A stretch of DNA of 64,000 nucleotides from Candidatus Poseidoniales archaeon (GCA_003602515.1 QQSB01000005.1:88247-152246), one strand, 5' to 3'; counted from the first letter of the stretch, positions 41,349-52,002 are shown. Numbers and translations: made by a program. The notes: a model not told the origin generated them from the letters alone.

Positions 41349-41930
41349 ATGCACCTAAGTGTAGATGAGTTAAGGGCCAAGGTCGAAGAGTTCAGATTGA
41401 GTGGACTCAACACCCAGCAAATTGCAGATGAGCTTTCTCTGTCTCAGACCACCGTACAGTGGCTCTCTGCAAGTGACTTCGAGGTAGATGACAAACCGCT
41501 TGACGTTAAGGTCGGATGGAGGTCAATCGCTGTTAAAGGGGATAGAATAGAGGCTGTTTCATACATTTTCTGTGATATCATCGATGAGATGGTTGGGGAC
41601 GAAATCGATACTATTGTCGGAGTGAGCATCAATGGGATCGCTTTCGCCCAGGCGATTTCTTCCACGATGGATCTGGAAATGGCTGTTGTAAGAAGCATCA
41701 ATGAGGAAGTTGGCGGCCATCTCTCAGAAGTCTATGCGGGAATAGATGGAAAAAGGGTAATCATCATTGATGACGTATACTCTTCTGGTACAACCATGAA
41801 AAAGACGGCAGCTGACCTCAAGGCCTCGGGCGCCGATGTCAAAATGTGTATGGTCCTTGTAAACAAATCCTGGGACGATGACGTCGATGGGGTGCCATTG
41901 AGGGCGCTGATTCGAGCAGCGACGGTCTGA
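41349..41930 (+). CDS. HTH-phosphoribosyltransferase protein (PyrE-like/GfcR family)
   Basis: N-terminal HTH (GLNTQQIADELSLS.TTVQWL) and PRT loop IIIDDVYSSGTT. Confidence 0.8.
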   Translation: MHLSVDELRAKVEEFRLSGLNTQQIADELSLSQTTVQWLSASDFEVDDKPLDVKVGWRSIAVKGDRIEAVSYIFCDIIDEMVGDEIDTIVGVSINGIAFAQAISSTMDLEMAVVRSINEEVGGHLSEVYAGIDGKRVIIIDDVYSSGTTMKKTAADLKASGADVKMCMVLVNKSWDDDVDGVPLRALIRAATV

Positions 41931-41938
41931 GGTGGCAC

Positions 41939-43513
41939 ATGCACTGGGCGGATTATACCGCGCAAAGGCTCATCGAGCGTGGAGGGAGGCAGGTATCCGC
42001 ATCCGGAATTACTCCCTCTGGAGATTTCCATATAGGTCACCTGAGAGAGATTCTCTCAGCTGAGATGATACATAGGGCATGCATTGATGCGGGTATTGAA
42101 TCGAAGTATATCTTCATCGTCGACTCGATGGACCCACTCAGGAGAGTGTATGATTTCCTATCACCGGAATACAAGAGATACATCGGCCACCCACTAGCAT
42201 ACATACCAGCCCCTGATCCCGATGGGAAACCTGGAGAAGGGGGCAATACCTATGCTGAGCACTTCCTTGATCCGTTCCTGAAGGCTCTAGGGGAAATTGG
42301 GGTGAACCCAGAGGTGGTGATGAATCACGAGACTTACGAATCGGGAGGTTTCGCCGAGTTCATCGACTCAGCGATTACAAGGAAGGAAGAGATTGGTGGA
42401 ATTATTCAGGACATTGCGGGAAGGGATCTGGGTGAAGACTGGTTCCCTTACAACCCAATTGGGTCTGATGGGAGCATGGATGGAGTTATTGTGACGGGTT
42501 ATGAGAGGCCATTTGTTCACTGGACAGACTCACATGGCATTGACGGGAAGTCAGACATCAGGAAGGCAGAGGGGAAAATGCCATGGAGGATCGACTGGGC
42601 TGCCAGGTGGGCGATTCATGGGATTACTTGCGAGCCAGCAGGTAAGGATCATGGCGCTGCTGGAGGCAGTTACGACACTGGGATCCCTATTTGCAGGCTC
42701 CTCGGGGGGAATCCGCCTGACAAAATAGTCTACGAATGGATACAATTGAAGGGAATGGGGCCTATGTCCAGTTCGTCAGGACTCACCATTGGACCGATGG
42801 AGGCACTCTCACTGGTCCCTCCGGAGATTCTCCGCTATGTAATCGCAAGAAGCAAGATCAACAGGCATATCGAATTTGATACTGGTGGAGCGCTATTCCG
42901 CACCGCGGATGAGTACGAAAGACTAGTTTCCAACCCCACTCTGGTAGATGAGGGGATGACGAAGAGGCAGTTAGTTGCGGCTCAGACCCAAGTGGGTGCA
43001 ATCAGGCTGAGTCAGGTTGAGCCGGGTTCTGATCCCCGTAAATCGATAGGCGGGGTATCATTCAGTCACCTCTCAATGCTCGCACAAATAAAATCCTCCG
43101 ATGAAGACGTTTGGGGATCCCTGAATAGGTCTGGACATATCCAAGGGGAGCCGAGTAATTCGCTGGTTGTCCGACTCGCGAGAATGAGAAATTGGATTGG
43201 CGGGGCGCACTTCCCAATAGACGCAAAGATTGAGATCAAGAAGAGGATTAGCGATGAGGCCAGGGTGAACATAGATATGGACGGGAGGAAATTCCTTTCT
43301 TCGCTTTCCTCCCTACTTTCTGAATGTGAATGGTCGGATGAGGGAATCAATGCGGCAATTGTGAATGCCTGCGAGTCTGCAGGGATACCAATAGGGAGTG
43401 GATATTCCTCATTGTATTGGGTACTTATTGGCAGAAGTTACGGGCCTAAGGCTTCCTCCCTAATATCGGAGATGGATAGAGAGGGTGTTCTTTCCCTCCT
43501 GGGAAGCGCATAG
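41939..43513 (+). CDS. lysS: Lysine--tRNA ligase, class I
   Basis: MHWAD, SGITPSG..HIGHLRE, PWRIDW, EPAGKDH...GGSY, MSSS. Confidence 0.95.
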   Translation: MHWADYTAQRLIERGGRQVSASGITPSGDFHIGHLREILSAEMIHRACIDAGIESKYIFIVDSMDPLRRVYDFLSPEYKRYIGHPLAYIPAPDPDGKPGEGGNTYAEHFLDPFLKALGEIGVNPEVVMNHETYESGGFAEFIDSAITRKEEIGGIIQDIAGRDLGEDWFPYNPIGSDGSMDGVIVTGYERPFVHWTDSHGIDGKSDIRKAEGKMPWRIDWAARWAIHGITCEPAGKDHGAAGGSYDTGIPICRLLGGNPPDKIVYEWIQLKGMGPMSSSSGLTIGPMEALSLVPPEILRYVIARSKINRHIEFDTGGALFRTADEYERLVSNPTLVDEGMTKRQLVAAQTQVGAIRLSQVEPGSDPRKSIGGVSFSHLSMLAQIKSSDEDVWGSLNRSGHIQGEPSNSLVVRLARMRNWIGGAHFPIDAKIEIKKRISDEARVNIDMDGRKFLSSLSSLLSECEWSDEGINAAIVNACESAGIPIGSGYSSLYWVLIGRSYGPKASSLISEMDREGVLSLLGSA

Positions 43514-43587
43514 ATTGGAAGATGCGCTTATAGCCCTCTTAATCTCTATAGAAAACTATCAAATTCACAATACCTGACAGCCTGCCT

Positions 43588-43917
43588 ATGGGAGTTTACG
43601 AACTACTGATGAAGGCAATAGAAGAGAGGGACGCGCGGCACTATATTGAGGCACTACACGATGACTACGAATTTATCCGTCATCAAACTGGGTCGGCAAT
43701 GGGAAAATCGAAGATGAGCGAGATGATGACAAGTATGATGGCCAATGGAGATGTGGTCATCAGAGAGCCAAGATGTATCTTCGAGAACGATGAGATCCTA
43801 GTCGAGCACTCGGTTATGGACTTCCCAGATGGGACAACAGAGGCCGTAATGGCTGTTCACACAAAGAAGGATGGGAAGATAATCAGGACTGAAACTGGCG
43901 CTACACTAATTCAGTAA
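43588..43917 (+). CDS. NTF2/SnoaL-like protein
   Basis: LHDDYEFIRHQ, RCIFENDEILVEH, KDGKIIR.ETGAT. Confidence 0.8.
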   Translation: MGVYELLMKAIEERDARHYIEALHDDYEFIRHQTGSAMGKSKMSEMMTSMMANGDVVIREPRCIFENDEILVEHSVMDFPDGTTEAVMAVHTKKDGKIIRTETGATLIQ

Positions 43918-43929
43918 GAAAGCCTCAGT

Positions 43930-46900
43930 CTATTTGAGAGACTTGATGTCGAGTAAACGTGGTTCTGGGATTCCCAAGAGGGCTTCTTGGACCGCCTCGA
44001 CCTCCATTCTTGCACCTGCCATAGTGGTGACGAACGGAATGTTAAGTTCCACGGCAAGTCTCCTCATCATGTTGCCATCTAGAACTGCTCCGCCGGTCGA
44101 CCTCGGAGTATTGATCACGAGTTGTATCTTTCCTTGGCGCATCAGATCAAGGGCATCGGGCGAGCGTCCCTCTGCAATCCTGTAGCATGTCTCTACCTCC
44201 ATTTCCCCCACTCCACGAAGAACTCTAGAAGTCCCCCTGGTAGCGAAAATAGTGAATCCCATTTCCTTCAGCCTCTCTGCTAGCGGAATCATTGCATACT
44301 TGTCTTCATCCTTGACGGTTATGTACACGCCTCCTTCAGTCGGGACTGGAATTTCGGTCGCAAGTCTTGCCTTTAGATAAGCGGCCGAGGCCCTTACGTG
44401 AGAACCCATGACTTCTCCGGTTGATTTCATCTCGGGACCCGGTGCGGGGTCCAGGCCACGAAGTTTGATGAATGGGAAAACCGGTGCCTTGACGCATACC
44501 GCATCAGTCTGGGGCTCGGGTATCTCAAGATCGCACAACCTCTCTCCCAAGGCAACTCTTGCAGCAATCCTAGCTAATGGGATTCCTGTAGACTTGGCTA
44601 CGAAGGGGAACGTCCGAGATCCCCTAGGGTTTACTTCGAGGACATAAAGTAGGCCATCGTGAATTGCAAACTGGATGTTATAGCAGCCGCGAATACCTAG
44701 CTCAAGGCCAATTACTCTCGTCCATTCATGCACTTGCTCTAGGATTTCATCTGGTACATTCTGTGGCGGGATGAAGCAAGTTGAGTCGCCTGAGTGGATT
44801 CCTGCTTCCTCTAGATGCTCCATTACTGCACCTACTAGCACGTCCTCCCCATCGCAGACGGCATCGACGTCTAGCTCCATTGCGTTTCCGAGGTACTTGT
44901 CTATCAGTAGAGGCCTATCAGAGGAAAGGTATGCGTCCCTCATGTATGACTCCAACTGCTTGTAGTTGGCAAGAATCTCCATCCCCCTCCCTCCGAGGAC
45001 ATATGAAGGTCTGACGAGGACTGGGTATCCGATCTCGTTGGCTGCGTGTCTTACTCCCTCCGGAGTAGTGGCTGTTGCTCCATCGGGCATCCTAAGGTCG
45101 CACCTTAGTGCGAACTCCTCGAATCTTTCACGATCGCTTGCCTCGTCTACTGATTCTGGAGAGGTTCCTTCCATAACTAGTTCTAGTCCCATGGAGGAAA
45201 GGTGCGGGAGTTCATTTGACAAGGGAAGGGCAAGGTTGATCGCAGTCTGTCCTCCAAACTGGAGCAGGATGCCATTTGCATCCTCTCTGAGAAGAATCTC
45301 CGATACAGATTCCAAAGTAAGTGGATCGAAGTAAAGTCTGTCGCTTGTATCGAAGTCCGTGGATACCGTCTCGGGGTTATTGTTGATTATTATCGCCTCA
45401 TGACCTAGATCCTGAATCGCCCCCGCAGCGTGTACGCACCCATAGTCAAACTCGATTCCCTGTCCTATTCTGATGGGTCCTGAGCCGATCACTGCTATCC
45501 TCTGCTTGATCGAAGTTGCTAGCCCTGGAACGTAATCCACCCCTGAATCAGCCGAACCACCCTCGTACGTCGAGTAGTAGTACGGGGTAACTGCTGCGAA
45601 CTCTGCCGCGCATGAGTCGACCATGCGAAATCTTGGGTGGATGCCGAGTTCATGTCTCCTCATCCTTACAGCGGTTTCATCTTGCCCTGTTGGGAGGTTC
45701 TTGAAACCGCTCTCGGGAAAACCGCAAAGAGCGTCTGCAATATGCAAATCTGTGAAGCCGACACCCTTCCAGGAACGCATCTCGGATTGGGGTATTTCTG
45801 CTGGCTGCATCCCAATCTCTCCTGCCGCTCTGATCTCAGTCTCTATTGCCGCGATACTCTCGAACCTTCTGAGGAACCATCTGGTAATCCCTCCAGTTAA
45901 ATCTCTCACGTCCTCTATCGAGTATCCCCTTCGGAATGCCTCGATGACCGCTCCCAGCCTCCTATCAGTAGGTATTCTTAGCCAGTCCTCATGAAGTGCG
46001 GTTGGTAGCTCCTCAGAGGCCCTTTCATCCATGGTCTCTCCATCGGAAGCATCTGACATCGTTAATGGCCTAGGATGGGGTTTGTCATACTCCAAGCTAG
46101 CCCATGCCTTGAGGCATGCTTCCTCAAAGGAGCGTCCAATGGCCATTACTTCCCCTGTGGATTTCATAGAAGTTCCCAGACTCCTGTCTGCGGTCCTGAA
46201 CTTGTCGAAAGGCCACCTAGGAATCTTGACCACGCAATAGTCCAATGTCGGTTCGAACGCTGCCGTCGTCCCCTCGCCGGTTATTGGGTTGGGTAGTTCA
46301 TCAAGAGTGTAACCAACGGCAATCAAGGCCGCCATTCTTGCGATTGGGTAACCTGTTGCCTTCGATGCCAATGCAGAGGAGCGTGAGACACGGGGATTTA
46401 CCTCAATTACCCTATAGTCACCAGTAGACTGTTCTACTGCGAACTGGACATTACACCCTCCCTTTATGTTTAGTCTCCTGATTAGTTTCAAGGCTGAGTC
46501 TCGGAGCCCTTGATGATCGCGATCGGAAAGTGTCTGCTGTGGGGCCACTACAATTGACTCTCCCGTGTGAACGCCCATCGGGTCGATATTCTCCATCGTG
46601 CAAACGATGATTGCATTGTCTGAACTATCCCTCATCACCTCATACTCATGCTCTTGCCAACCCAGAATACTCTCCTCAATGAGTACCTGGCCTATCGCCG
46701 AATGCAATATTCCTTGACTCGCAATCTCAACCAACTCGCCCATGTTGAATGCAGTACCGCCACCAAGACCTCCGAGTGTGAAAGCAGGCCTGATCAGCAA
46801 TGGGAAAGAGCCTAGTTCCTCTGCCGCCGCAATGACCTCCTCGATTGATTCGCAAGCCATGGCCTTGCAGACTGGGAGATCGATCTCCTCACAGACTCTC

Positions 46901-47298
46901 TTGAAGAGGTCCCGGTCCTCAGCTTCATCTATCGCAGCAAGATTACAACCAATCAGCTCGACTCCTAACTCATCTAGGGTGCCGTCCTTGGCAAGTGCTG
47001 ATGCTATGTTCAGAGCAGTCTGTCCGCCCATTCCAGCTAGCAGTGCGTCTGGCTTCTCGGACTCCATGATTCTCTTAACGACCTCTGGAAGCAGGGGTTC
47101 GATGTATATCCGATCTGCCATTTCAGGATCATTTTGAATAGTTGCGGGATTCGAGTTGACTAGTATTACCTCATAACCGTCTGAGCGAAGTGCTCGACAG
47201 GCCTGTGATCCAGAGAAATCAAACTCTGCTGCCTGTCCAATTCGGATAGGACCGCTTCCAAGTATGAGGATTCTCTGCAAGTCATCACGACGAGGCAT
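43930..47298 (-). CDS. carB: Carbamoyl-phosphate synthase large subunit
   Basis: GSGPIRIGQ..EFD twice, two ATP-grasp domains, MKSTGEVM, C-terminal MGS domain. Confidence 0.97.
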   Translation of the reverse strand: MPRRDDLQRILILGSGPIRIGQAAEFDFSGSQACRALRSDGYEVILVNSNPATIQNDPEMADRIYIEPLLPEVVKRIMESEKPDALLAGMGGQTALNIASALAKDGTLDELGVELIGCNLAAIDEAEDRDLFKRVCEEIDLPVCKAMACESIEEVIAAAEELGSFPLLIRPAFTLGGLGGGTAFNMGELVEIASQGILHSAIGQVLIEESILGWQEHEYEVMRDSSDNAIIVCTMENIDPMGVHTGESIVVAPQQTLSDRDHQGLRDSALKLIRRLNIKGGCNVQFAVEQSTGDYRVIEVNPRVSRSSALASKATGYPIARMAALIAVGYTLDELPNPITGEGTTAAFEPTLDYCVVKIPRWPFDKFRTADRSLGTSMKSTGEVMAIGRSFEEACLKAWASLEYDKPHPRPLTMSDASDGETMDERASEELPTALHEDWLRIPTDRRLGAVIEAFRRGYSIEDVRDLTGGITRWFLRRFESIAAIETEIRAAGEIGMQPAEIPQSEMRSWKGVGFTDLHIADALCGFPESGFKNLPTGQDETAVRMRRHELGIHPRFRMVDSCAAEFAAVTPYYYSTYEGGSADSGVDYVPGLATSIKQRIAVIGSGPIRIGQGIEFDYGCVHAAGAIQDLGHEAIIINNNPETVSTDFDTSDRLYFDPLTLESVSEILLREDANGILLQFGGQTAINLALPLSNELPHLSSMGLELVMEGTSPESVDEASDRERFEEFALRCDLRMPDGATATTPEGVRHAANEIGYPVLVRPSYVLGGRGMEILANYKQLESYMRDAYLSSDRPLLIDKYLGNAMELDVDAVCDGEDVLVGAVMEHLEEAGIHSGDSTCFIPPQNVPDEILEQVHEWTRVIGLELGIRGCYNIQFAIHDGLLYVLEVNPRGSRTFPFVAKSTGIPLARIAARVALGERLCDLEIPEPQTDAVCVKAPVFPFIKLRGLDPAPGPEMKSTGEVMGSHVRASAAYLKARLATEIPVPTEGGVYITVKDEDKYAMIPLAERLKEMGFTIFATRGTSRVLRGVGEMEVETCYRIAEGRSPDALDLMRQGKIQLVINTPRSTGGAVLDGNMMRRLAVELNIPFVTTMAGARMEVEAVQEALLGIPEPRLLDIKSLK

Positions 47299-48632
47299 CA
47301 GGAACCGCCTTCCTTTCTTACTAGTTCGGCCTCTGCACGCCCGAGATGTTCTGCAACTATTTTCTGGAACCTGTCGAACAGTGGAGAAGCGTCATGGGGG
47401 CCCGGACAGGCCTCGGGGTGGAATTGTATTGTGAATGCAGGTTTGTCCAACAGGTCAAGTCCCTCCACAGTGCCATCATTGGAGTTGACGTGTCGGACTC
47501 TGAATTCAGCGCCCAGTACATTATCGCTAGTTCCTGAGCGGACCCCACTTGGATGAGGGGCGAGCATGCCCTGTACTGGGTCCTCTACAGCGAATCCATG
47601 ATTCTGGCTGGTAATGTGTACCCTTCCTGTCTCCAAGTCCATGACTGGTTGGTTTGATCCTCTGTGACCGTATCGCAACTTGTACGTCCTTAGTCCGGCT
47701 GCTAGGCCCATCAACTGATGACCCAGGCATATTCCCATTACAGGCATCCCCTGGCGAACAGCCGCTGCCAAAGTCCCCCTAGCATCAGTTGCAGCTCCCG
47801 GGTGTGCTGGGTCCCCAGGGCCATTGGATGCAAAGAGGGCATCAGGAGACCAGTCTCTGGTTATTTCCTCCAGAGGCATGTCAGCGGGGCACCAGACAAC
47901 CTCGAACCTAGTGCATAGTTCCCTCAGGATGTTGTGCTTGACGCCACAATCGATTGCAGCGAGGCGAGGCAGGGGTTGGCCTTCGCCGTCCTCAGCCCCG
48001 GGATTGAGTAGAGTTGGCTCATCACAGGTTACTTCGGCGACTAAGTCGTCCGCATCGGGAGGTGTAATTTCCCTAAGAATTAATTCCATTTCCTCGACCC
48101 TCTCAGCGGGCCCGAATACGCAGAGAAGTGTACCATGTTCCCTGACTCTCCTAGTTAGTGAACGGGTATCTATCCCCTCTATCCCAGGGATATTGTGAGC
48201 GACCAATAGGTCATGCACGCTTCCTACGGAGTCTCGATGATCGGGAGATGCCATGTGTTGTCTGCATACGACCCCTCGAGGATGAACAGAAGACGACTCC
48301 GAAATTCCCGGGTGAATTCCGTAGTTACCCAGAAGCGGATATGTGAAAGTTAACACCTGTCCGGCGAACGAGGGATCGGTCAGGCTTTCCTGATATCCGC
48401 ACATCCCCGTGGTGAATACCAACTCCCCCTCTGCTATTTCCTCGGAACCGAATAGTCTACCCTCGAACCTCGTGCCATCGGCAAGAAGTAGGATTCCCCG
48501 GGATCCACTAGGATGCTCTGGGCTCCCATAATCGAGGAGTAAATCGGCTGCATCCGGGAATGATGGGGGAGAGTCGACGCCACGAATATTAGCTCCGGGG
48601 CAGAAGCCCCCGTCTGCTAGACTCTCCGACAT
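47298..48632 (-). CDS. carA: Carbamoyl-phosphate synthase small subunit
   Basis: TDPSFAGQ, SNGPGDP, GICLGHQ, SQNHGFAV, QFHPEA. ATG 48632 is 29 nt after TTAAG; ~40-aa N-terminal extension. Confidence 0.95.
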   Translation of the reverse strand: MSESLADGGFCPGANIRGVDSPPSFPDAADLLLDYGSPEHPSGSRGILLLADGTRFEGRLFGSEEIAEGELVFTTGMCGYQESLTDPSFAGQVLTFTYPLLGNYGIHPGISESSSVHPRGVVCRQHMASPDHRDSVGSVHDLLVAHNIPGIEGIDTRSLTRRVREHGTLLCVFGPAERVEEMELILREITPPDADDLVAEVTCDEPTLLNPGAEDGEGQPLPRLAAIDCGVKHNILRELCTRFEVVWCPADMPLEEITRDWSPDALFASNGPGDPAHPGAATDARGTLAAAVRQGMPVMGICLGHQLMGLAAGLRTYKLRYGHRGSNQPVMDLETGRVHITSQNHGFAVEDPVQGMLAPHPSGVRSGTSDNVLGAEFRVRHVNSNDGTVEGLDLLDKPAFTIQFHPEACPGPHDASPLFDRFQKIVAEHLGRAEAELVRKEGGS

Positions 48633-48698
48633 CAGCAACGCTGCTCAAGTACGATTCTTAATGGTTGACAGAGAAAATGAATTTCCACAATTGCAAAA

Positions 48699-49253
48699 TC
48701 ACTCTTCATCGTCGTTGATTACGACCTTTCCATTAGCCGAGGGTATCACCTTCATCTTAGCCCCTTGGAACCTTGAGACACTGTCTACAGGACCTAGCCA
48801 AGAGTTCAGAAATACCGCAAGCGCGGCTACTTCAGAGTGAGGTTGGTTACCCACTGATATGTTGTGATCAGACAAGTGATATACTTCTGCTGGGACCTTG
48901 GTCCCCCCTACCACTACCAAGGCTGGCTTATCTCTCGTGATACTTGGAATGGATTCCTCCCACGGGCTGCCGTACATCGTGAGATGGACAATTGTTACCT
49001 CTCCGGACTTAGACTGCTTCCTTAGAAAAGACATGGGGCTCTCTTCGAACCTACTCGAGAATGACCCCCCAAAACGTTCTGTCACTGAATCCCAAGTCTC
49101 CAGTGCAGAAGGATCTCTGTCACCAGCGAGGATTACCTCGTCGGCCCCGAATGCTCTAGCAGTAAGTCCAAGATGAGATGTTATCCTCTTGTCTCTGTCA
49201 CGCCTGTGCCCAAGACGAAGCACGGAGATGCTAGTTGGCACCTTGTCGCTCAT
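48699..49253 (-). CDS. trm56: tRNA (cytidine-56-2'-O)-methyltransferase
   Basis: VLRLGHR..RDKRITSH, VHLTMYG, KVP, VGNQPHSEVAALAVFL. Confidence 0.93.
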   Translation of the reverse strand: MSDKVPTSISVLRLGHRRDRDKRITSHLGLTARAFGADEVILAGDRDPSALETWDSVTERFGGSFSSRFEESPMSFLRKQSKSGEVTIVHLTMYGSPWEESIPSITRDKPALVVVGGTKVPAEVYHLSDHNISVGNQPHSEVAALAVFLNSWLGPVDSVSRFQGAKMKVIPSANGKVVINDDEE

Positions 49254-49257
49254 ACTC

Positions 49258-49905
49258 TCATGCGAAAGGAGGGGACTCATCAGCATGACCCTCTATGGCA
49301 TCTGTTCCAGAGGAGGGGAATACGTCGACCCCCATGTTCAGCATGCTGGCCCTGACCCATTGAAGAAGGAGAGCATCGAACATCATGTGAGAAGCGAATC
49401 CCACCATAACTGCAAGGACTAGGACCCTGGCAGTTGCGAATAGAGCATCCCCCTCTAGTTGCTCCCAGTTCATCATCGCTGGCTCGATGATGTAGAACAT
49501 AGCAAGGACACCAAGGCCACCGCCAATCTGTGACATTGTGGCATTCCCCCTCTCCCTTCCGATTCCTGTGAAAAGAATCGCGGCGATTACGAGAACAGGA
49601 ATTATCATGCTTACCGTTTCGAAATCTAACGAGCCTAGAGTCGAAGGAGGTATTAGAGAATCATCAACTTGCTCTGAACCTTTGCTAATCGTAATCCACC
49701 ACCACAGTGCGCTCGAAAGGAATAAGGCTCCAGAAGTTCTACCCCTCTCCGTAATCATGTCCCTGACATGGTGTGCATCACGAGGCTTGAGCCTCTGCAC
49801 AATTGAGTCCAGTATGAACAGAGTCTCCGGATCGTGAGAGTCGCCTTGGTCTTGAGCAGTTTTCTGCTCTGAGGCCTCTGGAGAAGCATCCTCTCCCAGA
49901 ACCAT
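49258..49905 (-). CDS. Hypothetical multi-pass membrane protein
   Basis: About four hydrophobic helices; TTTATG box 30 nt upstream. Confidence 0.7.
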   Translation of the reverse strand: MVLGEDASPEASEQKTAQDQGDSHDPETLFILDSIVQRLKPRDAHHVRDMITERGRTSGALFLSSALWWWITISKGSEQVDDSLIPPSTLGSLDFETVSMIIPVLVIAAILFTGIGRERGNATMSQIGGGLGVLAMFYIIEPAMMNWEQLEGDALFATARVLVLAVMVGFASHMMFDALLLQWVRASMLNMGVDVFPSSGTDAIEGHADESPPFA

Positions 49906-49959
49906 CGCCCGATTGCCCCTCCGTCACATCATAAAGCAATCGTCGTTTGCGGGACCCAT

Positions 49960-50793
49960 ATGGCCGACTGGCGACCTATGCTAAATCGCCGAGAGGATGG
50001 TTTTCCAAGGATAATGGGGGTTGTCAACGTCACACCGGACTCGTTTCACACAGATTCTAGGTATGTGGATACGGAACAGGCAGTTTTCGCCGCAATCAGA
50101 ATGATTGAAGATGGAGCCGATTGGGTTGACGTTGGGGGCGAGTCTACTAGGCCGGGTGCTAAGTCAGTAACATTGGAAGACGAGTTGAGCCGGGTTATCC
50201 CCGTCATAGAGGGAATACGGAAAGAGAACTCAGATATCTGCATCTCCGTTGACACCAGAAGAGCAGAAGTTGCCCGTCAGGCTCTAGAATTAGGAGCTGA
50301 CATGGTGAATGACGTCTCGGCTCTGAGCGATCCGGGAATGTTGGACGTAGTTGTTGGATTCGAGTGTCCGATATGTATCATGCACATGCAAGGACTGCCA
50401 GAGAACATGCAGGATGACCCCAAGTATGGCGACGTAGTGGATGAAGTTAGGTCCTACATGTCCGAGACTACAAGCAGACTGGTCGAAGCAGGAGTTGATC
50501 CATCGCTAATAGTCGTTGATCCCGGAGTGGGATTCGGAAAAACCCTGGATCATAATCTGGCCCTACTCTCCTCCGGGAGGGGAATTGTGCCTAACAAGCA
50601 AATCGGACTGATGTGGGGAGTCAGCAGGAAGAGTATGTTCCATGACCTACTGGGGCGCGAGACAAGTGGAGATAGGCTCGCTGGAACGTTAGGAATAGCT
50701 GCGGTTTCCGTGCACAAAGAGGTCGACATAATCAGAGTCCATGACGTAACCGAGCATTCGGATACTTTCGCGGCGATGAAGGCGGTGAGATGA
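49960..50793 (+). CDS. folP: Dihydropteroate synthase
   Basis: IMGVVNVTPDSF, DVGGESTRPG, SVDT, NDVS, DPGVGFGK, GVSRKS, RVHDV. Confidence 0.95.
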   Translation: MADWRPMLNRREDGFPRIMGVVNVTPDSFHTDSRYVDTEQAVFAAIRMIEDGADWVDVGGESTRPGAKSVTLEDELSRVIPVIEGIRKENSDICISVDTRRAEVARQALELGADMVNDVSALSDPGMLDVVVGFECPICIMHMQGLPENMQDDPKYGDVVDEVRSYMSETTSRLVEAGVDPSLIVVDPGVGFGKTLDHNLALLSSGRGIVPNKQIGLMWGVSRKSMFHDLLGRETSGDRLAGTLGIAAVSVHKEVDIIRVHDVTEHSDTFAAMKAVR

Positions 50794-50797
50794 GAAG

Positions 50798-51964
50798 ATG
50801 CCCGAGGGAAGTAACAATATCATCGACATCGATGATGGGTTGAGGATATTGGGAACGGCTCACGTAAGTAGTGAATCGGTTGAACTAGTACGAAGTCAGA
50901 TTGAGGATTGGGGGCCAGACTTGGTTGCAGTAGAGCTTTGTCCATCGAGACTGACTGCATTGACAAAACCGGACTCATTAGAATCTGAAGACCTATTGAA
51001 GATAATCAAAGAGGGGAGGTCGGCGATGATACTCCTGCAATCGGCACTTGCAGCACAACAGAGGAGGATGGGAGTCACATCCGGAGAAAAACCAGGGGCA
51101 GAGCTCCTGGCAGCCGTTAACGCAGCCGAGGACTCAGGAGTTCCAGTGGAAATGATCGATAGAGACGTGGTTGTAACCCTAAGGAGGGCATGGAGAAAGA
51201 TGGGCATCATAGAGAAATGGAGGATTTTGAACGCCCTTCTGTGGGAAGAAGACGATGATGAGGTTTCCATAGACGATGTACTCGGGGACTCAGACCTCCT
51301 CAGCAGTATGATGGAGGAAGCAAGGGAGATTGCTCCCGGTGCAGGTGAGGTCCTGATCGACGAACGCGACACATTCCTAGCAGGAAGGATTCAGCAGATC
51401 CGAGGAAAGGGAAAGATTCTGGCAGTAATCGGTGCTGGGCACCTAAGTGGTGTTGCGCACAACCTTGGTGAGCCTGCCATCGAAACTACATCGAAGTTGG
51501 CTGAGCTAGGCAAGGAACCTCCCAAGTCCATCTGGCCCAGGATGCTGATGGCTGCAATTCCAATCTTCCTCTTTGGAGCAGTTGCTTGGATGGTTGCAAA
51601 TGGGGAGATGGATGCTCTGAAGCAGACTGCTCAGACATGGTTGATCCTCAATGCAGCGCTGGCCGGAGCAGGGGTGCTGATCGCGAGGGGGCATCCGCTC
51701 TCTATTCTGGTAGGAGCCATTGCATCCCCAATCACATCGCTAAATCCGACTCTGGCAGCTGGATGGTTCGCGGGCTACACGCAGTTGAAGGTAGCATCCC
51801 CCACAGGCAAGGATGCCCAGGACTTCCTGGTCCTCGACGAGGTGTCCCTATTCTGGAAGAATCGTGTGGGAAGGGTCCTGATGGTCACCGCAATGGGAAA
51901 TCTCGGTTCAATGGCGGGTGCTTGGCTTGCGGGTGGGGCCATTCTTGGAATGCTCCTCGGTTGA
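50798..51964 (+). CDS. TraB/PrgY (pheromone-shutdown-like) family membrane protein
   Basis: LGTAHVS, VAVELC..R, PGAE, IDRD..VTLRR, LIDERD, GAGH, PITSLNP..AAGW. Confidence 0.9.
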   Translation: MPEGSNNIIDIDDGLRILGTAHVSSESVELVRSQIEDWGPDLVAVELCPSRLTALTKPDSLESEDLLKIIKEGRSAMILLQSALAAQQRRMGVTSGEKPGAELLAAVNAAEDSGVPVEMIDRDVVVTLRRAWRKMGIIEKWRILNALLWEEDDDEVSIDDVLGDSDLLSSMMEEAREIAPGAGEVLIDERDTFLAGRIQQIRGKGKILAVIGAGHLSGVAHNLGEPAIETTSKLAELGKEPPKSIWPRMLMAAIPIFLFGAVAWMVANGEMDALKQTAQTWLILNAALAGAGVLIARGHPLSILVGAIASPITSLNPTLAAGWFAGYTQLKVASPTGKDAQDFLVLDEVSLFWKNRVGRVLMVTAMGNLGSMAGAWLAGGAILGMLLG

Positions 51965-52002
51965 CGCCAACCATTTTGCGTCGACTCCTCATCGCAGAGA
52001 TT

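Noticed and set aside
50798..51964. TraB-family gene as evidence of conjugation
   Set aside because: The TraB/PrgY family is a common chromosomal archaeal gene; no transfer genes nearby.
51586..52002. 139-aa N-terminal extension of the FeS-NrfD ORF
   Set aside because: It overlaps the TraB gene in another frame and looks non-protein-like; the family-like sequence begins at GTG 52003.
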